Made by a program: the position numbers and the translations under genes | In this document: in pieces, positions 50,538 to 62,102 of the stretch | Layout of the letters: every line of letters starts with the position of its first letter | Position numbering within the stretch: position 1 is the first letter of the stretch | The notes under the pieces: model-generated | What the model saw: the letters and a program-made list of their open reading frames with translations, nothing else | Databases searched by the model: none | What the model was told of the DNA's origin: nothing | From: Macrostomum lignano | Taxonomy: Eukaryota | Direction of reading: 5' to 3' | NCBI GenBank assembly: GCA_002269645.1 | Contig: NIVC01000255.1 | Location: 186,001-250,000 of the forward strand | Length of the DNA: 64,000 bases

Positions 50538-53500
50538 CACTCTAAAATGGTGCAAATTTTTTTGAAGGCCGATTTTTCAAACTGCTGCCATTTTTTTCTT
50601 TGCAGATAAAGAGCTCATTCTTTCACCAGGTTGTCCAGAATTTATTCCAGTTTTATATAAAATATTAGTTTGTAGCTTTAAAAGCATTTTTGCGGAGTAA
50701 AAGTACAGTAGAGTACATGTACCCCTAGAAATTCCAAAAGCTACGAAGCTAGGACACTATGAAGATGATCCTACTGCTCTTTAAAAGTTACTCAAGATGA
50801 CTAATTACTCAGAACTAGGCATACATTCATTCTCTACACAGTAACAAAAAACAACGCAAAGACAATCGCATCCTGCAGACCTGCTGTAGGAAGCTGTAGC
50901 GAAAAGTTTTGTATAAAACTTGAAAGAAATAAACCTAGAGAATAATAAGTGATTTGTATTTACAAACTACAATAAACATGTAAATAATAATTTCAAAAAT
51001 GCAAAACGAAAACTTCTAAAACTTTACAAAAACTGTAAAGCACAAGCTAAACGATCTCTACTACAAGCAATAAAGCACAAAATGTAGCTGGCTAATTGCA
51101 GCCTGCGATCCTGAACTGAAAAACTGAAAATTCTAAATTGTCAATACTTAAAAACCATCTTTCGCTCAATAAATAAAAAAATATGTTTTTCTATGCTACA
51201 TAGTCGAAGTATTATGCAAAACAAACTCCTAAAACGCACAACAGAGAAAAACAGCACAAAGAAACAACCTAGCTCACACGAACAAAGGAAGGACATAAAG
51301 GCCTTGATCTTAAACTAGAAAACACGGAATAGAAATATCAAAAACGCTTAAAAATATAACAAACTACTAGCGATGTAAGGACCATTTTTGCCACAAGAAA
51401 ACTGGGAAATGTTGCGAAGGTATTAACTAGTAAAATAGTAACTAGAATTCTGATCCAAACATCTTATTCTCGATCACCTTAACTAAATAACGTAACTAAA
51501 GAAACTGGTTGTAGCGCAGAAACAATAAACTTTAAGCAATTTCAGCGCAATACACTTTAACTGCGCGGGAGTGCTAAAATACATGTAGCGCTACAGTGGC
51601 AATTATGGCAGAGACCAAGATTAACTTGCATTATAAATACTGAACTACTCAGCCTGAGGGCACAAGCTTTCGCAAGCGCCGCTGACTTGAATCGGGCGGA
51701 CGTCCATCAGCCTGTGACTCGCGTCGCACCAATCCTTTAAAGAAGGTATTTGCTAGACGCCTAGATACGTGGGTCAATTGCCCCGACTGCAGCTGGACAT
51801 CCATGAACGCATCGAAAACAATTAAAAAGACAGACCGGCAGTAGTTGACGCAACGAGGTGTTGCAGCGTTGAAGTAAGCGTAGCATAGGCAAGCAAATAC
51901 CACCAGCCACTCAGGAGGGTGACACAGCTTCCCTCGTGAAAGAAGCGAAGTGAATTCACTGCTACAGGCTGGTTCGTAAACCGTAGCAGCCTGACAGTCG
52001 AGCTTTTCCTTAAAGGCCACGTAGCCACTGATAAAATATAGCGCTGCATTCTCCGCATCAGAAATGTTGTCGGACAGTTGTGGGAGATTGTCAACAATTT
52101 TCCAGTCTCCCTGCGAAATTTCAGCAGAGCAACAGGCCAACGGTTGATGGTCGTCACAGACTAACTCCAATTTACTGTAAAGTTGCATTCGGCGTAGCCG
52201 CGCACTGGCCAAAATTTGATCAACGGATATATAATAACACCCGCCGTGGCCTTGCCGATAAATAGAAAACTCTCCCTCAAGCCGGTCAGTCTGCAGCTCA
52301 CCTAAAAATTTTTGAAGTTAGTGCCTGGGTATGCAGGTCATATTTATTGAGTGTCAATTTATTATGGCAATAACAATACCAAAAAATTCCCGTAATGTTA
52401 CGGGAAACAGGGAGTAGTGAATAATACTACGTACCGAGCAACACGTACGAAAACCCTACTTTCATCAGCAAATGTCTAGACAAATCAGCCAGGCCGTTCG
52501 CAGTCTGATGGATAGCCTTGCGTGTCTCAGAAGTGTATCGGATTCCGTTGGGATTAAGCGAACTTAGTTTTAGCTGTCTGAGAAGAAACAACTGCTGAGG
52601 GCTGTAGCTGGTTGAACCAGTAGTAGCTTGCAATGCCTGCAAATGGCTATCCAATTCAGCAGACTGAGTAAACTCGGCATGCCTCACCCTATTCAAAACT
52701 GCCTCCAACTGGCTGAACCGCTCCATTCGGTGTTGAAAGCCAAGCAGATCAGAAATGCTGACAGGGGTATTGCGTCGGTGTGCTTCAGCTGCAAAGTTGC
52801 TTCTGATGGTAATAGACACCTCGACTGTTCGTTCAGTTACAATCATCAAGTTCACTCGATCTGAATTTTGCTGCACAAGCCAGTTGTCAGTAACAACACA
52901 GGCTAGTTTGGGAACCTGCTCAGTAAAAGTCTGCCATGAACTGATGCGGTCCTAGCTGAGCATTGAATTCTTCTAATTCATCTGGAATAGCAGCTCGCTC
53001 GCTCAGAAGCACACAACGTTGAGAAACCTCCCTGGATGATCCTAAATATAAATTATGGTTAGTAACAATAGACCCACATCCAAAAGGATATTATTAATGA
53101 ATAGCATAGCATAAGTCAGATGAATCAGATCTTACTTGGCACAGTTTGGCGTACTGCACTGATAGGGACAGATGAAAAGATACTTGGAGGATCAACTGGT
53201 CGCAGAAAACGCTTTACTTTTATCATCCGAGCATTTTCAGGCCAGTGTTGGGCACAAATCTTTTTTATTGTGGTCACCTATGAAATTTAAATGCACACTT
53301 GCTTGACCAAACTTAATAATAGTGCATAAGATAATATATATATTATAACAACACATGTACCTTAACTGAAGTGGGCAAAGCCATCATCCAGGCATCACAA
53401 TCTGCTTTGTCCTTTGGAAAGCTATAAACAGCAACCTTTGGACCAGTCAAATAGTTGCCTTTGCAGTTGGGAATGCCGCACTTAAATGGCATTAACAATG

Positions 53501-54629
53501 GATAGCTGTAATAATAGGTGATAAGCTGATAAAGATAGGCATAAGCAGTGAGTTAGATTTCTCAATTGAAGATGCAAAATATAACATTGATTAGGCCTAG
53601 AGACTAGGGTGGAGTAGGCCCTAGGATAATTTGGTTAAGGGAAATCTTTGTCCAGGGAAGAAATATAAGCAATTGAAATCAATATATACAATATCTATAA
53701 ATACATAGTTCTTTGAAGTTATGGAATCCAAATGACAACACTTCTGCAATTGACTAAAACTACCCTTTTAATTGCAAAAACAAAAGTAGGCTAGCTTATA
53801 CTACTAGATAGGCCTACCCACCTTACTAGGCCTATATAGGCCCTATTTAATTTTATTTAAAAGTTTGAATCTCATTTTTATCTGACAGAGTCACTCAGAT
53901 TAACATGAACTATTTCCTAAAATGGCATATATAGCTAAGTTTACTTACAAATTTAAAGTTAAATAGTGGATTATGATTTACAAATCATAAAAGACATTTA
54001 CATTTAGAAAATTTCATGTGTTTATTCTATCTCTATACAGGGCTTAGACCTTAGGTTTAATAGCATAGGTGGTACACAGTAGACATGTATTTTGAATGCC
54101 TACAACAGCTGTATCAATGAATTTCAGTGGATGAAACCACTTATTAGGGAACTTGGTTGGAGTATGGATATATAAATATAATTGAGTATGGGCCTATATT
54201 ATGAATGAGTGTCCATTCTCAAACTTAGCATATTGTTATCATGTTTGTATGACATGAGATATGCTATGGCAATACAAATTTAATTTTTTTATTAGAGAGA
54301 TTTAATATAGAAGGCCTGATATGCTAGGCCAGGCTGGCTATAGTTTAGCTAGCCAAAGTGCATATATAGGCCCCCCCCTAGTCTATGTAATTTCATGACT
54401 ACGTCAAAATGTGATAAAACTATATCTATAGAACGTTTTCGCGACTAAAACATAATAGAAACCAATAGAACAGGGTCTTAAAAGTAAAATGTTAGATGGG
54501 TTTTTTTGAAGCAGGCTTAAATCAATTACAACAGGCTTCTGAATATTAAAAACGTGAAAATTTGCTATCTCGCCAATGTATTTTGCGGTGAAAATCGGAC
54601 TTCAAAAAAATTTCCACGAAATCCGAGTG
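50538..54629 (-). mobile_element. THAP/P-element-like DNA transposon, internally deleted, about 45-bp imperfect TIRs; exact ends ambiguous
   Basis: Left cactctaaaatggtgcaaatttttttgaaggccgatttttca versus reverse-complemented right cactcggatttcgtggaaatttttttgaagtccgattttca. TAA flanks both sides. Confidence 0.75.
51649..53492 (-). pseudogene. Intron-containing THAP9/P-element-type transposase; catalytic middle deleted
   Basis: Exon 1 MPFKCGIPNCKGNY...YSFPKD...W and exon 2 ICAQHW...DPPSIF form a THAP C2CH domain, with GT-AG introns. C-terminal ELQTDRLEGEFSIYRQGHGG.Y.IS, YFISGYVA, SRGKL.HP motifs. Confidence 0.85.
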
Positions 54630-54655
54630 TAACGTCCTCTATCTACTAGTGGTCC

Positions 54656-55408
54656 TTGGTGGGAAATTGTGACGAGGACTCGCCAGCCTCGGATTCCAGC
54701 TCGGACTCCGACATGGAAGAGCGTGGATTACCTTACTTCCCAGTTGCAGGGCTGGGATCGAACCAGGTGCAGTCCAGTGAGAACCAGGTGCAGTCCAGTA
54801 AGAACCAGGTGCAGTCCAGTGAGAACCAGGTGCAGTCCAGTGAGAACCACGTGCAGTCCAGTAAGAACCTGGTGCAGCCTGGTGAGAACCAGTTGCAGTC
54901 CGGCGAGAACCAGGTGCAGTCCAGTGAGAAACGGTTGCAGCCCGGTGAGACTCCGGTGTGTACAGGTGGAACCCAAGGACAACCGGTTGAGGACCTTGGT
55001 CAGCCAGTTTTGGACCTGTTGCAACCCAGAACAGAGTCTGGAGATTTTGTGCAGGAGCCAGATTTTTTAAGTGAAAAACACACTCAACACCGTGTGCCTG
55101 AAGTAGGTGGTAATAGTAGCACGAATCGACTCGAACAAGTCGAGGATGGCCAGGTTCCTTCAATCGGTGCGGAGGTAGAGATAGTGGGAGATAGAACGCG
55201 TGAGTTGCCTGGAACCGCCAGCCAAGGACAGAGGACGGAGCCAGCTGGCCAGCGTGAAACAGTGGAACCAGACCCATCGTTATCAGACAGAGTCAGTACT
55301 CGGGGTAGCATTTACACCACTCGAAGTGGCAGGGCGGTTCGGCCGCCAACCAGATTTTTGCAGGTGCTTGCCGGGTTTTGCCACCGCTCCAATTCCAACA
55401 GTCTTTGA
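54656..55408 (+). pseudogene. Displaced 3' tail of Gypsy pol with about 9 x 21-bp minisatellite (54760-54948; SSENQVQ)
   Basis: Ends YTTRSGRAVRPPTRF, a typical pol C-terminus. Unit gaaccaggtgcagtccagtga. Confidence 0.6.
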
Positions 55409-55983
55409 TTTCCTTCTCTTTCCCTCCATTCGTTGTGTTGTCTCGCTTTGTTCTCTTCTTCCTTTTCTGTTCTTTGTTTTCCGTGCCAGTGCCAAGTTAG
55501 CCTGAGTCTGCCGGTTGCGTTGCCGCCGGTGGGTTGTGTGTGTGTGGGGCGGCGTCCCGTCCGTGTGTTGGCTGGGTGAGCTCTGCTGCGCAGTTCGAAT
55601 TGAAGTTCGTGCATTCCGATCCGTGGTGACGTTATTTTCGGTTCTGTGATTTGCTTTTGTCACTTAGCTCTCGGTTTCAGTTGTAATTATTAATTGTTAT
55701 TTTACGTCCTTGCTTATAAAGTCTCAGTGATGCAATATTTTAATCCGTGCTAGTTACAGAATGTTACTTAAGGTCTTTTAAATCCCATGCAATATGCTCA
55801 ATGACTTCTCAACATTCGTATACTTTCGGTGACGTCTACTTTGAATATTTCGTTCACTCCGTTCGTGTTCCCATTTTTGTGTCATTCAATTTCTGTTCGA
55901 TGTGTTCGGTTAATAACGCTAATCATGTTAATAATGTTTCATGTAGTTTACTGCCAATATGCTCGTTTTGGAAGGGAGGCGAG

Positions 55984-56942
55984 TGTAACGGTTTGGAAAT
56001 TCTGTAATTCAAATCTAGTTTATTAACATGGTGTATTTTAACTTTATTCAAATCCTTAGCTGTTTAGATTACGTGCGTAATTATTCTAGGGTTTTAATAT
56101 TACGTATTTTGTTAATTTGGTTTCCGTTTCCAAGAAATGCGACTCATAATTTTAACATGTAAGTTCTAGTCTTTTTCTGTAAGCGTGTGGCAGCCTGGGA
56201 ACAGTGCTGGGCAAGTTAATCAATTTTTTTAACTCGTTAAAAGTTAAAAAGTTAATTTAATTGCTCCAAAAAATTAACTGTAACTAGTTAATTATTTAAC
56301 TTTTGCCCAAAATTTAACTTCTGAAAAGTTAAAAGTTAAAGTTAATAATTCCCTAGTAGTCCTTGGGTAGAATATCAATAGATAATAGTTGAAGATTCCA
56401 GAATCTTCCGGAATATTCTATACATTATAACTTGTAACTGAAATATATACATGTAATAGTTTGTGACGCATTAAATAATGCTTAGAAAGATGTATTAATT
56501 TTACTTTTTAATGGCATACAAGCTGTTGAAACCCGCGGATTTTGAACCCGGGGAACTCCATTTCCCGGAATTATTAACTTTTGTCATTTAACTTTAACTT
56601 ACAGAAAAAAATTAACGATTTTTGTTAACTAGTTAATACATAAAAAATTTAACGAAAATTTAACGATTTTTAAAAAAAATTAACTAGTTAATTAACTAGT
56701 TAAACAATTAACTAGTTAACGCCCAGCACTGCCTGGGAAGTAGATCAACCTAGCATGTACGTGAGATACAATAATTATAATCAGAGCCGATCACCAGTGT
56801 ACGCATTCATACTAAGACAGTAAGATTTCTTATGCTCCGAGTATAGTAAATCGTCCAGGACTGACAGACGTATCTGCTGAACCATATACGTTGCTAATAC
56901 TTTCTCTTCGCTAGTAATATTAAATATACCGGACTCGTTACA
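55984..56942 (+). repeat. Gypsy 3' LTR interrupted by a hAT MITE
   Basis: 959 bp minus the 530-bp MITE and 8-bp TSD equals the 421-bp LTR. Confidence 0.95.
56202..56731. mobile_element. Non-autonomous hAT-type MITE (530 bp)
   Basis: TIR CAGTGCTGGGC / GCCCAGCACTG. 8-bp TSD CCTGGGAA. Many subterminal TTAAC/GTTAA motifs. Absent from the 5' LTR. Confidence 0.92.
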
Positions 56943-57035
56943 GATTGTTTAAGTTATCCGGCTGATTGCGAAGACAATTGGTGTTCTATAAAATATGAAA
57001 TTGAAATGGATATTATGCTTAAACAATTACATGCT

Positions 57036-57759
57036 TTAGTTTTTTATAAGTAATTTTTCTGTTAATCTCTTCCAATTATCCGAGACTTGTTCCTTTTTTA
57101 GTTTTTTAAGTTCCTTTGGAAATGTTGCATAATAATTATTTATATCTTTTTCATATTCTAGAAATGTATTATATTCACATTCGCAATCGAATTCACAATC
57201 GCAATCATAATAATATTTATTTATTGACTCAATGTATTCTCTATATTTTTTTATTATATCCTCTTTTTGTTTTTTATCTTTTTGCATGTTTTTAATTTCT
57301 TCTTTTAAACCATATGGATGTGTTTTAATTTTATCATCCAAATACCTTTTATCATCGTAAGGATTTAATGTTTTTTATCTGTCTCGATGACAAACATCTG
57401 ATGATTTTCTGAGTTTAATCGATATTTTGGAGCATGATAATTTTCAATTGTATTAAGGGAATCTAAAAGTACGTTTTTATAATCATCAAAGGTTATATTT
57501 TTAACTGCTGCCCTTGATACCCCTTTTATTTGTTTACCTCTCCCTCCTGTCCTAAAACCTTAAATGCATAGCATTTTGATCTTATTGCTATAAACTCGGT
57601 TATGATTTTGCTATTTAATTCGTCTTTCATTTTAAGTACAGCTTTCTTATTTTTATTTGATTTTAGAGGATGATTATCCGGATAGTCGGATGTATCCAAT
57701 GTATCCTGAATTGTTTCCATATCTTTATAGACATCTAGTGTTTCAACCTTAAATACCAA
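57036..57759 (-). pseudogene. Protein-primed DNA polymerase B C-terminal fragment of the second Polinton; 5' part cut off by EnSpm
   Basis: DTSDYP.NHPL.S.KNKK...KMKDE....I.EFIAIRSKCY, KGVS...K...FDDY, DDKRY, T.PYG; frameshifted. Confidence 0.9.
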
Positions 57760-58960
57760 CCCGCTGAAAAATTCTGTGACAATTCAGACAGAAATTCCAT
57801 GATCGAATCTGTCTCCAAGATGGCTCACACCATCTGTCCTAATTCTGTGATCGAAACTCAAAAGAAATTTCGATAGAGCTAATAGTCCTTATTATCCTAC
57901 TTGTAGTAGTAGTCTCTGAGATTATAATACCAAACAATTGTAAGATTTTTGGCACTTTTTAATTTAAATGTTAGATGAATTTTTAGATATATTTGAAATT
58001 AAATGACGACACAGCAATAATCAATATACGATAGGGTATTCTGAACACAAAAATTAACACATGCATAAGCATAAATAATTAAAATCAGTGCAATTAATAC
58101 AAGCATACAAATCCGCGCACTGGATAATATGAATATACATGTAAATAACGTGTGTTGTGTAATCAAGGACCACTAAAATTATGAGTGTTAACAGGAGGTA
58201 ATCCTATCAATAGTGTTTATAACCTTAAAGGCGCGGCTTAAGTTTGACCGTCTCAGAGTAGTACAAAACCATCCACTTATTTTGACTTGACTAATTAAGT
58301 CTACTAAATGCTGGTATACTAATTTCTTGAATGTTCAATAAAATAAATAATAATCAATACATGCAATAAACCTGATGTATGTCCTGATCAAATTGCAACT
58401 GATAGTGGTCCTTGTGAATGATTCAAGCCCAGCAATTGCGATAAAGTAGCTAAAGCATGTGGCATAACATAGATAAAAAAAATTAAAAAAATAAGAATGG
58501 AAATTTTTGGGAATAAATTCTTGCACGGCAATAGACATAATGAATTAAAAACTGAACACACCAGTAACTGAAACACAATTGCACAGAGATATTGTGGCAC
58601 ATACATGTAAGAATTTCTTGATTTTCCTAGAATGGCAGAAGCAAATTTGGAAAAGTATTCGAAAGCCCAAACCATCTACTATAAATAGAGTTAAAAGTTT
58701 CTCTGAAGCTTTAACACTGATCGACAAATCTAAATGGAATTTCTTTTTTGTATGCTCACTGAATTTCGTAGTACAAGACATGTTATAGTTACCCATCTAA
58801 ACTTTCATCTTTCGAATGTTAAATTAGGATAAATTGGAGCACAAATGCTAATTTTACTGAACGAAAAAATAAAATAGCAACATGATTTTTACTGGTCAGT
58901 GGTAGATCTGTATGGCATGGTCTAGTGGCCGTTGTCCGTTGATCTGGTGTTACATGTAGG

Positions 58961-61695
58961 TCAAAGTCGAAACGGACTGCTCGACGCAGCTGGTGGTGGA
59001 TTCTGCTGACAAGCGCTCCGCAGCTGCTCAACCGTAATTCCGCCTTTGCGAGCGGGAGCATCCGCCAGATAGGAAGCGATCCTGTCTTCGATTTGCTTTT
59101 TCGTTATGCCAGCGTCTGGTAGCATTATGGCTTCTGTAAATATTTTAAAGTGATTATATAGTGTAAGTGAGAAAAGAAAGAAAAAGTAAGGAAAATACTG
59201 CGTAAACTTGTACAAGCGCAAAATTTCTAATTAAACTTTTTAAACTGCAACTGGAAACCTAAAAATGCATGAGCAACTATGCAGCAAAGCTTTTATTGAA
59301 TAAAAACTACTGAAGCTACCTTTTATCAGCTGCTCCAGGCGCTCAAAGCTGAGTTTCGGAGGCTTTCCCGTCCGATTGAAGCGGCACTGCATGTCAGAGG
59401 TTATTAGGCGATTAATCATTCGACTGTTTCGCGAAGATCCTTACCACCTAGCAACCGAAGTTCGTCAATCTGGAATTAACGAGTGTGGTTTAAATATCAG
59501 CTATAAATCATATAGAATACGGCAACTTTTTAGTAAATAAAATATTTCTCAGCAGGGTTTGATTTTCGACCATAGAAGTAAATAAGCGTGTGAGTATTGT
59601 GGAGAGCTACTCGTCTGAAAGTAGAAAAAAAACTTACCATTCTTTGCCGCGAATTCGGGCACTTCATTTTTTCAAGCAGTCTGTTCACTTCATCCACGGA
59701 CGCTGCACATGGAGGATTCTTCGGTTGCTGGCTCTGCTGAGTTCTCGGACCAATGCTAGAGCCCAAATTTGTTATAATGAGTGATCGAAGATCGTCGATC
59801 GACGTTTGCAGCCGATTGATTTTGGCTTGAGTGCTGGCTTCCATTCGAGCCAGAGTCCGAATTGCCCCTGTGAACAGAAATCGTGTTATGTGATCAATAT
59901 ATATGCGTACTCAAGACCTATTACGAGCGTATTTTACCGCCTTGAATCTTTGAACCAACCTACACTACAACTTCATGAATGCCAATTAATAATTAACAAC
60001 GAGCGCATGCTTAATGGCGTGACTGCATATAAAAAAAATATTTTCGTTTTTTCAACAAATAGATTTATTCACATACCAGCAAGTGATTCTAGACCGACCG
60101 GATTGCTAGTTAGTTGGTCGATTCTTGCCAGCGGATTAATTGTAGTCGAAGACCTTGGGGCCTGTACGTCAGACTGGCACGGGTTAGCAGAAAACGCGAA
60201 CAGAGAATCAGCCAGCACAGTCGATTGGACCAAAGATCTAGCGGAACCGCAGCCGTAAAGTTCGTTACGAATGTTTGTGGCCTAAACAATGGTAAGGTTT
60301 GCACATTTTATTGTTACTGCATATTCGCGCACATAGGTTACCGCTGTACATCTTAAAATTATTATTTTCTCTCTTAATACTAAAACTTTTTTGTGTGTAT
60401 GTGACGACGTAACTCCTAAAATACTTGCATGTCTGCGTTGAAACTTATATGGGAAAGCTGCAAATTTTCCGGAATAGGCTTTAGGCTATTTTTATTTTTA
60501 CAATATATATATATTAATGTGTCACTTCTCTTCTCTGGATTTAAATCTGTCTACAGGCTACTGTTACGCTAATTTTATATTTGTTAACAGCACCTCGTGT
60601 CTTGCTTTGTAGCTCGTGGTTGGCGTAATTTGATCCCTGCTATATCAATAGTTTTAATAGTTAATTGGCCAATGGTCAGATGGATTAGTCCATCTCCCCC
60701 AAGACCAGTCAGCTATGCATATGCTTTTGAATTTAAGTGAAAACATACAAACAGACCAACAACTATTAGGAGAGTCTCTATGATTACGAGTATTATGGGA
60801 GTCTTCAAATTAAAAAAAATTCATATTAGCAGGCAGAAAAAGCAAAGCTCGACTCACCTCCAATTCAAGTGCATCTCGGCGCTCTTGATGGCAGGACTCG
60901 CTGCCATTAGCCTCAGTTACTGTCTGTTCAGAAGCAGCGGTAGATGGAAAATTGACGACTGGAGGCACGATACTTGGCTGACTTGTCGGAATATAGTCGT
61001 GTTTATTGGTAGTTTCAGGAGTCGCTCTGGTCAGTGCATGCTCGCTTTCCGGTTCAGATTCCTCAGACACGAGCTAAGATGTGCATATAGTGTGCATAGA
61101 GCATATAAACACTTTGAAAGAACATCAAATTCATTAAAGATTAGCTTAGCATTACGAGTGTATGCCTACTATAAATGAGCATATTATTTCATGCATTATT
61201 GATAGCAATAGTTTCTACCATTAATATTATTGTAAACTAAACTGATAATGACAACTGTATGTCTGAAGTAGTAGTACAGATACTACACAACAATAATATA
61301 ATAAAATGGTGCCATGTTAATACAAAATGACAAAAACAGTAGCTGATCAGTCTTACCGAAGGTGGCGGAAACTTCTGTCTCTTGTCACTTCCCATTCTTC
61401 TTGAAATCTTCTTTAAAAGCTTTGCTGCAGTTTTGCATTTCCCGGTAGAAATCATGTCTTCGGCAAATTTTTTGGCATACTTTAGATCAGACTTAGAATC
61501 CGCGACTTGAACTACGATACCAGTGTATTCGTCCTTATCAAATAATACTTTGAGCTGTATAGGAACTAGAGGGTCCTCATCATCGACTTGTCGTTCCAAT
61601 GAGGGAGTCCACTTAAGCTCCCACGAGCTAAAAATTACGAGGGTGCGATCTTCTAAAAAGTAAAGCAATACGTACTTGGACAGTGAGGACGACAT
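58961..61695 (-). pseudogene. Six-exon EnSpm accessory gene with a DUF4806/BEN-like C-terminus (one 1-nt frameshift at about 59430)
   Basis: Phase-compatible GT-AG junctions (61357/61073, 60858, about 60080/59870, 59640...). N-terminus KYVLLYFLED..VIFSSW; C-terminus GGKDLRETV.MINRL...FNRTGK..KLSF...IASYLADAPARKGG. Confidence 0.7.
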
Positions 61696-62102
61696 TTTAA
61701 ATAAATTTCTACGATGCGTGGCAGATACTAGCTAGTCTAATGCAGTTTGTGTTAAAACTATGACTAAGAGGAAGAAGTTTCTAGAGGATTTCAGAGGAGC
61801 TACACAAATAAAGAACGTTATTTTCCCACTCATTGGCAGCGACCAATAGAAATAGAATATACTTCATAAAGCATACAGGCTTTCGAGTCTCGAGCCCCTA
61901 TTGGCTATATCAATCCACAGTAGCTGACTGGAATATTGTTTTAGTTTGTTCGACCCAAGAAACTGACTGACAAAGAAGCTCAAATCAAAATGCAATCTCA
62001 TGCTTTATAGAAAATAAATGCAACGCTTGCTAAGGGACAGGTCAATAAGATAATACTATCAATATAGCAACCTATTGGTTATCTTACCTGTTGTGGCCGA
62101 AA

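Larger units (their letters stand above)
44013..56942 (+). mobile_element. Gypsy LTR retrotransposon (12930 bp) with nested THAP/P-type transposon and hAT MITE
   Basis: 421-bp LTRs (44013-44433; 55984-56942 minus the MITE), about 2 mismatches. 4-bp TSD GATT. PBS TGGAGGTCCCACC (tRNA-Gln-like) at 44440. PPT ggaagggaggcgag before 55984. Confidence 0.96.
25400..57759. mobile_element. Decayed AT-rich Polinton/adintovirus-like endogenous virus (about 10 kb of backbone once the nested insertions are removed); left end not located
   Basis: MCP, ATPase, penton, adenain protease, fiber and pPolB remnants. The penton, protease and one small ORF re-join in frame across TSD-bounded insertions. Confidence 0.85.

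Noticed and set aside
54669-55070. Protamine/HBV-core-like RTRCSPV repeat protein
   Set aside because: An alternative frame of the 21-bp minisatellite; the frame ending TRSGRAVRPPTRF fits the pol tail better, though this is not decisive.
50540-55980. env-like third ORF in the Gypsy 3' region
   Set aside because: The region is explained by the nested THAP transposon and the displaced pol tail; no signal-peptide/TM ORF was found.
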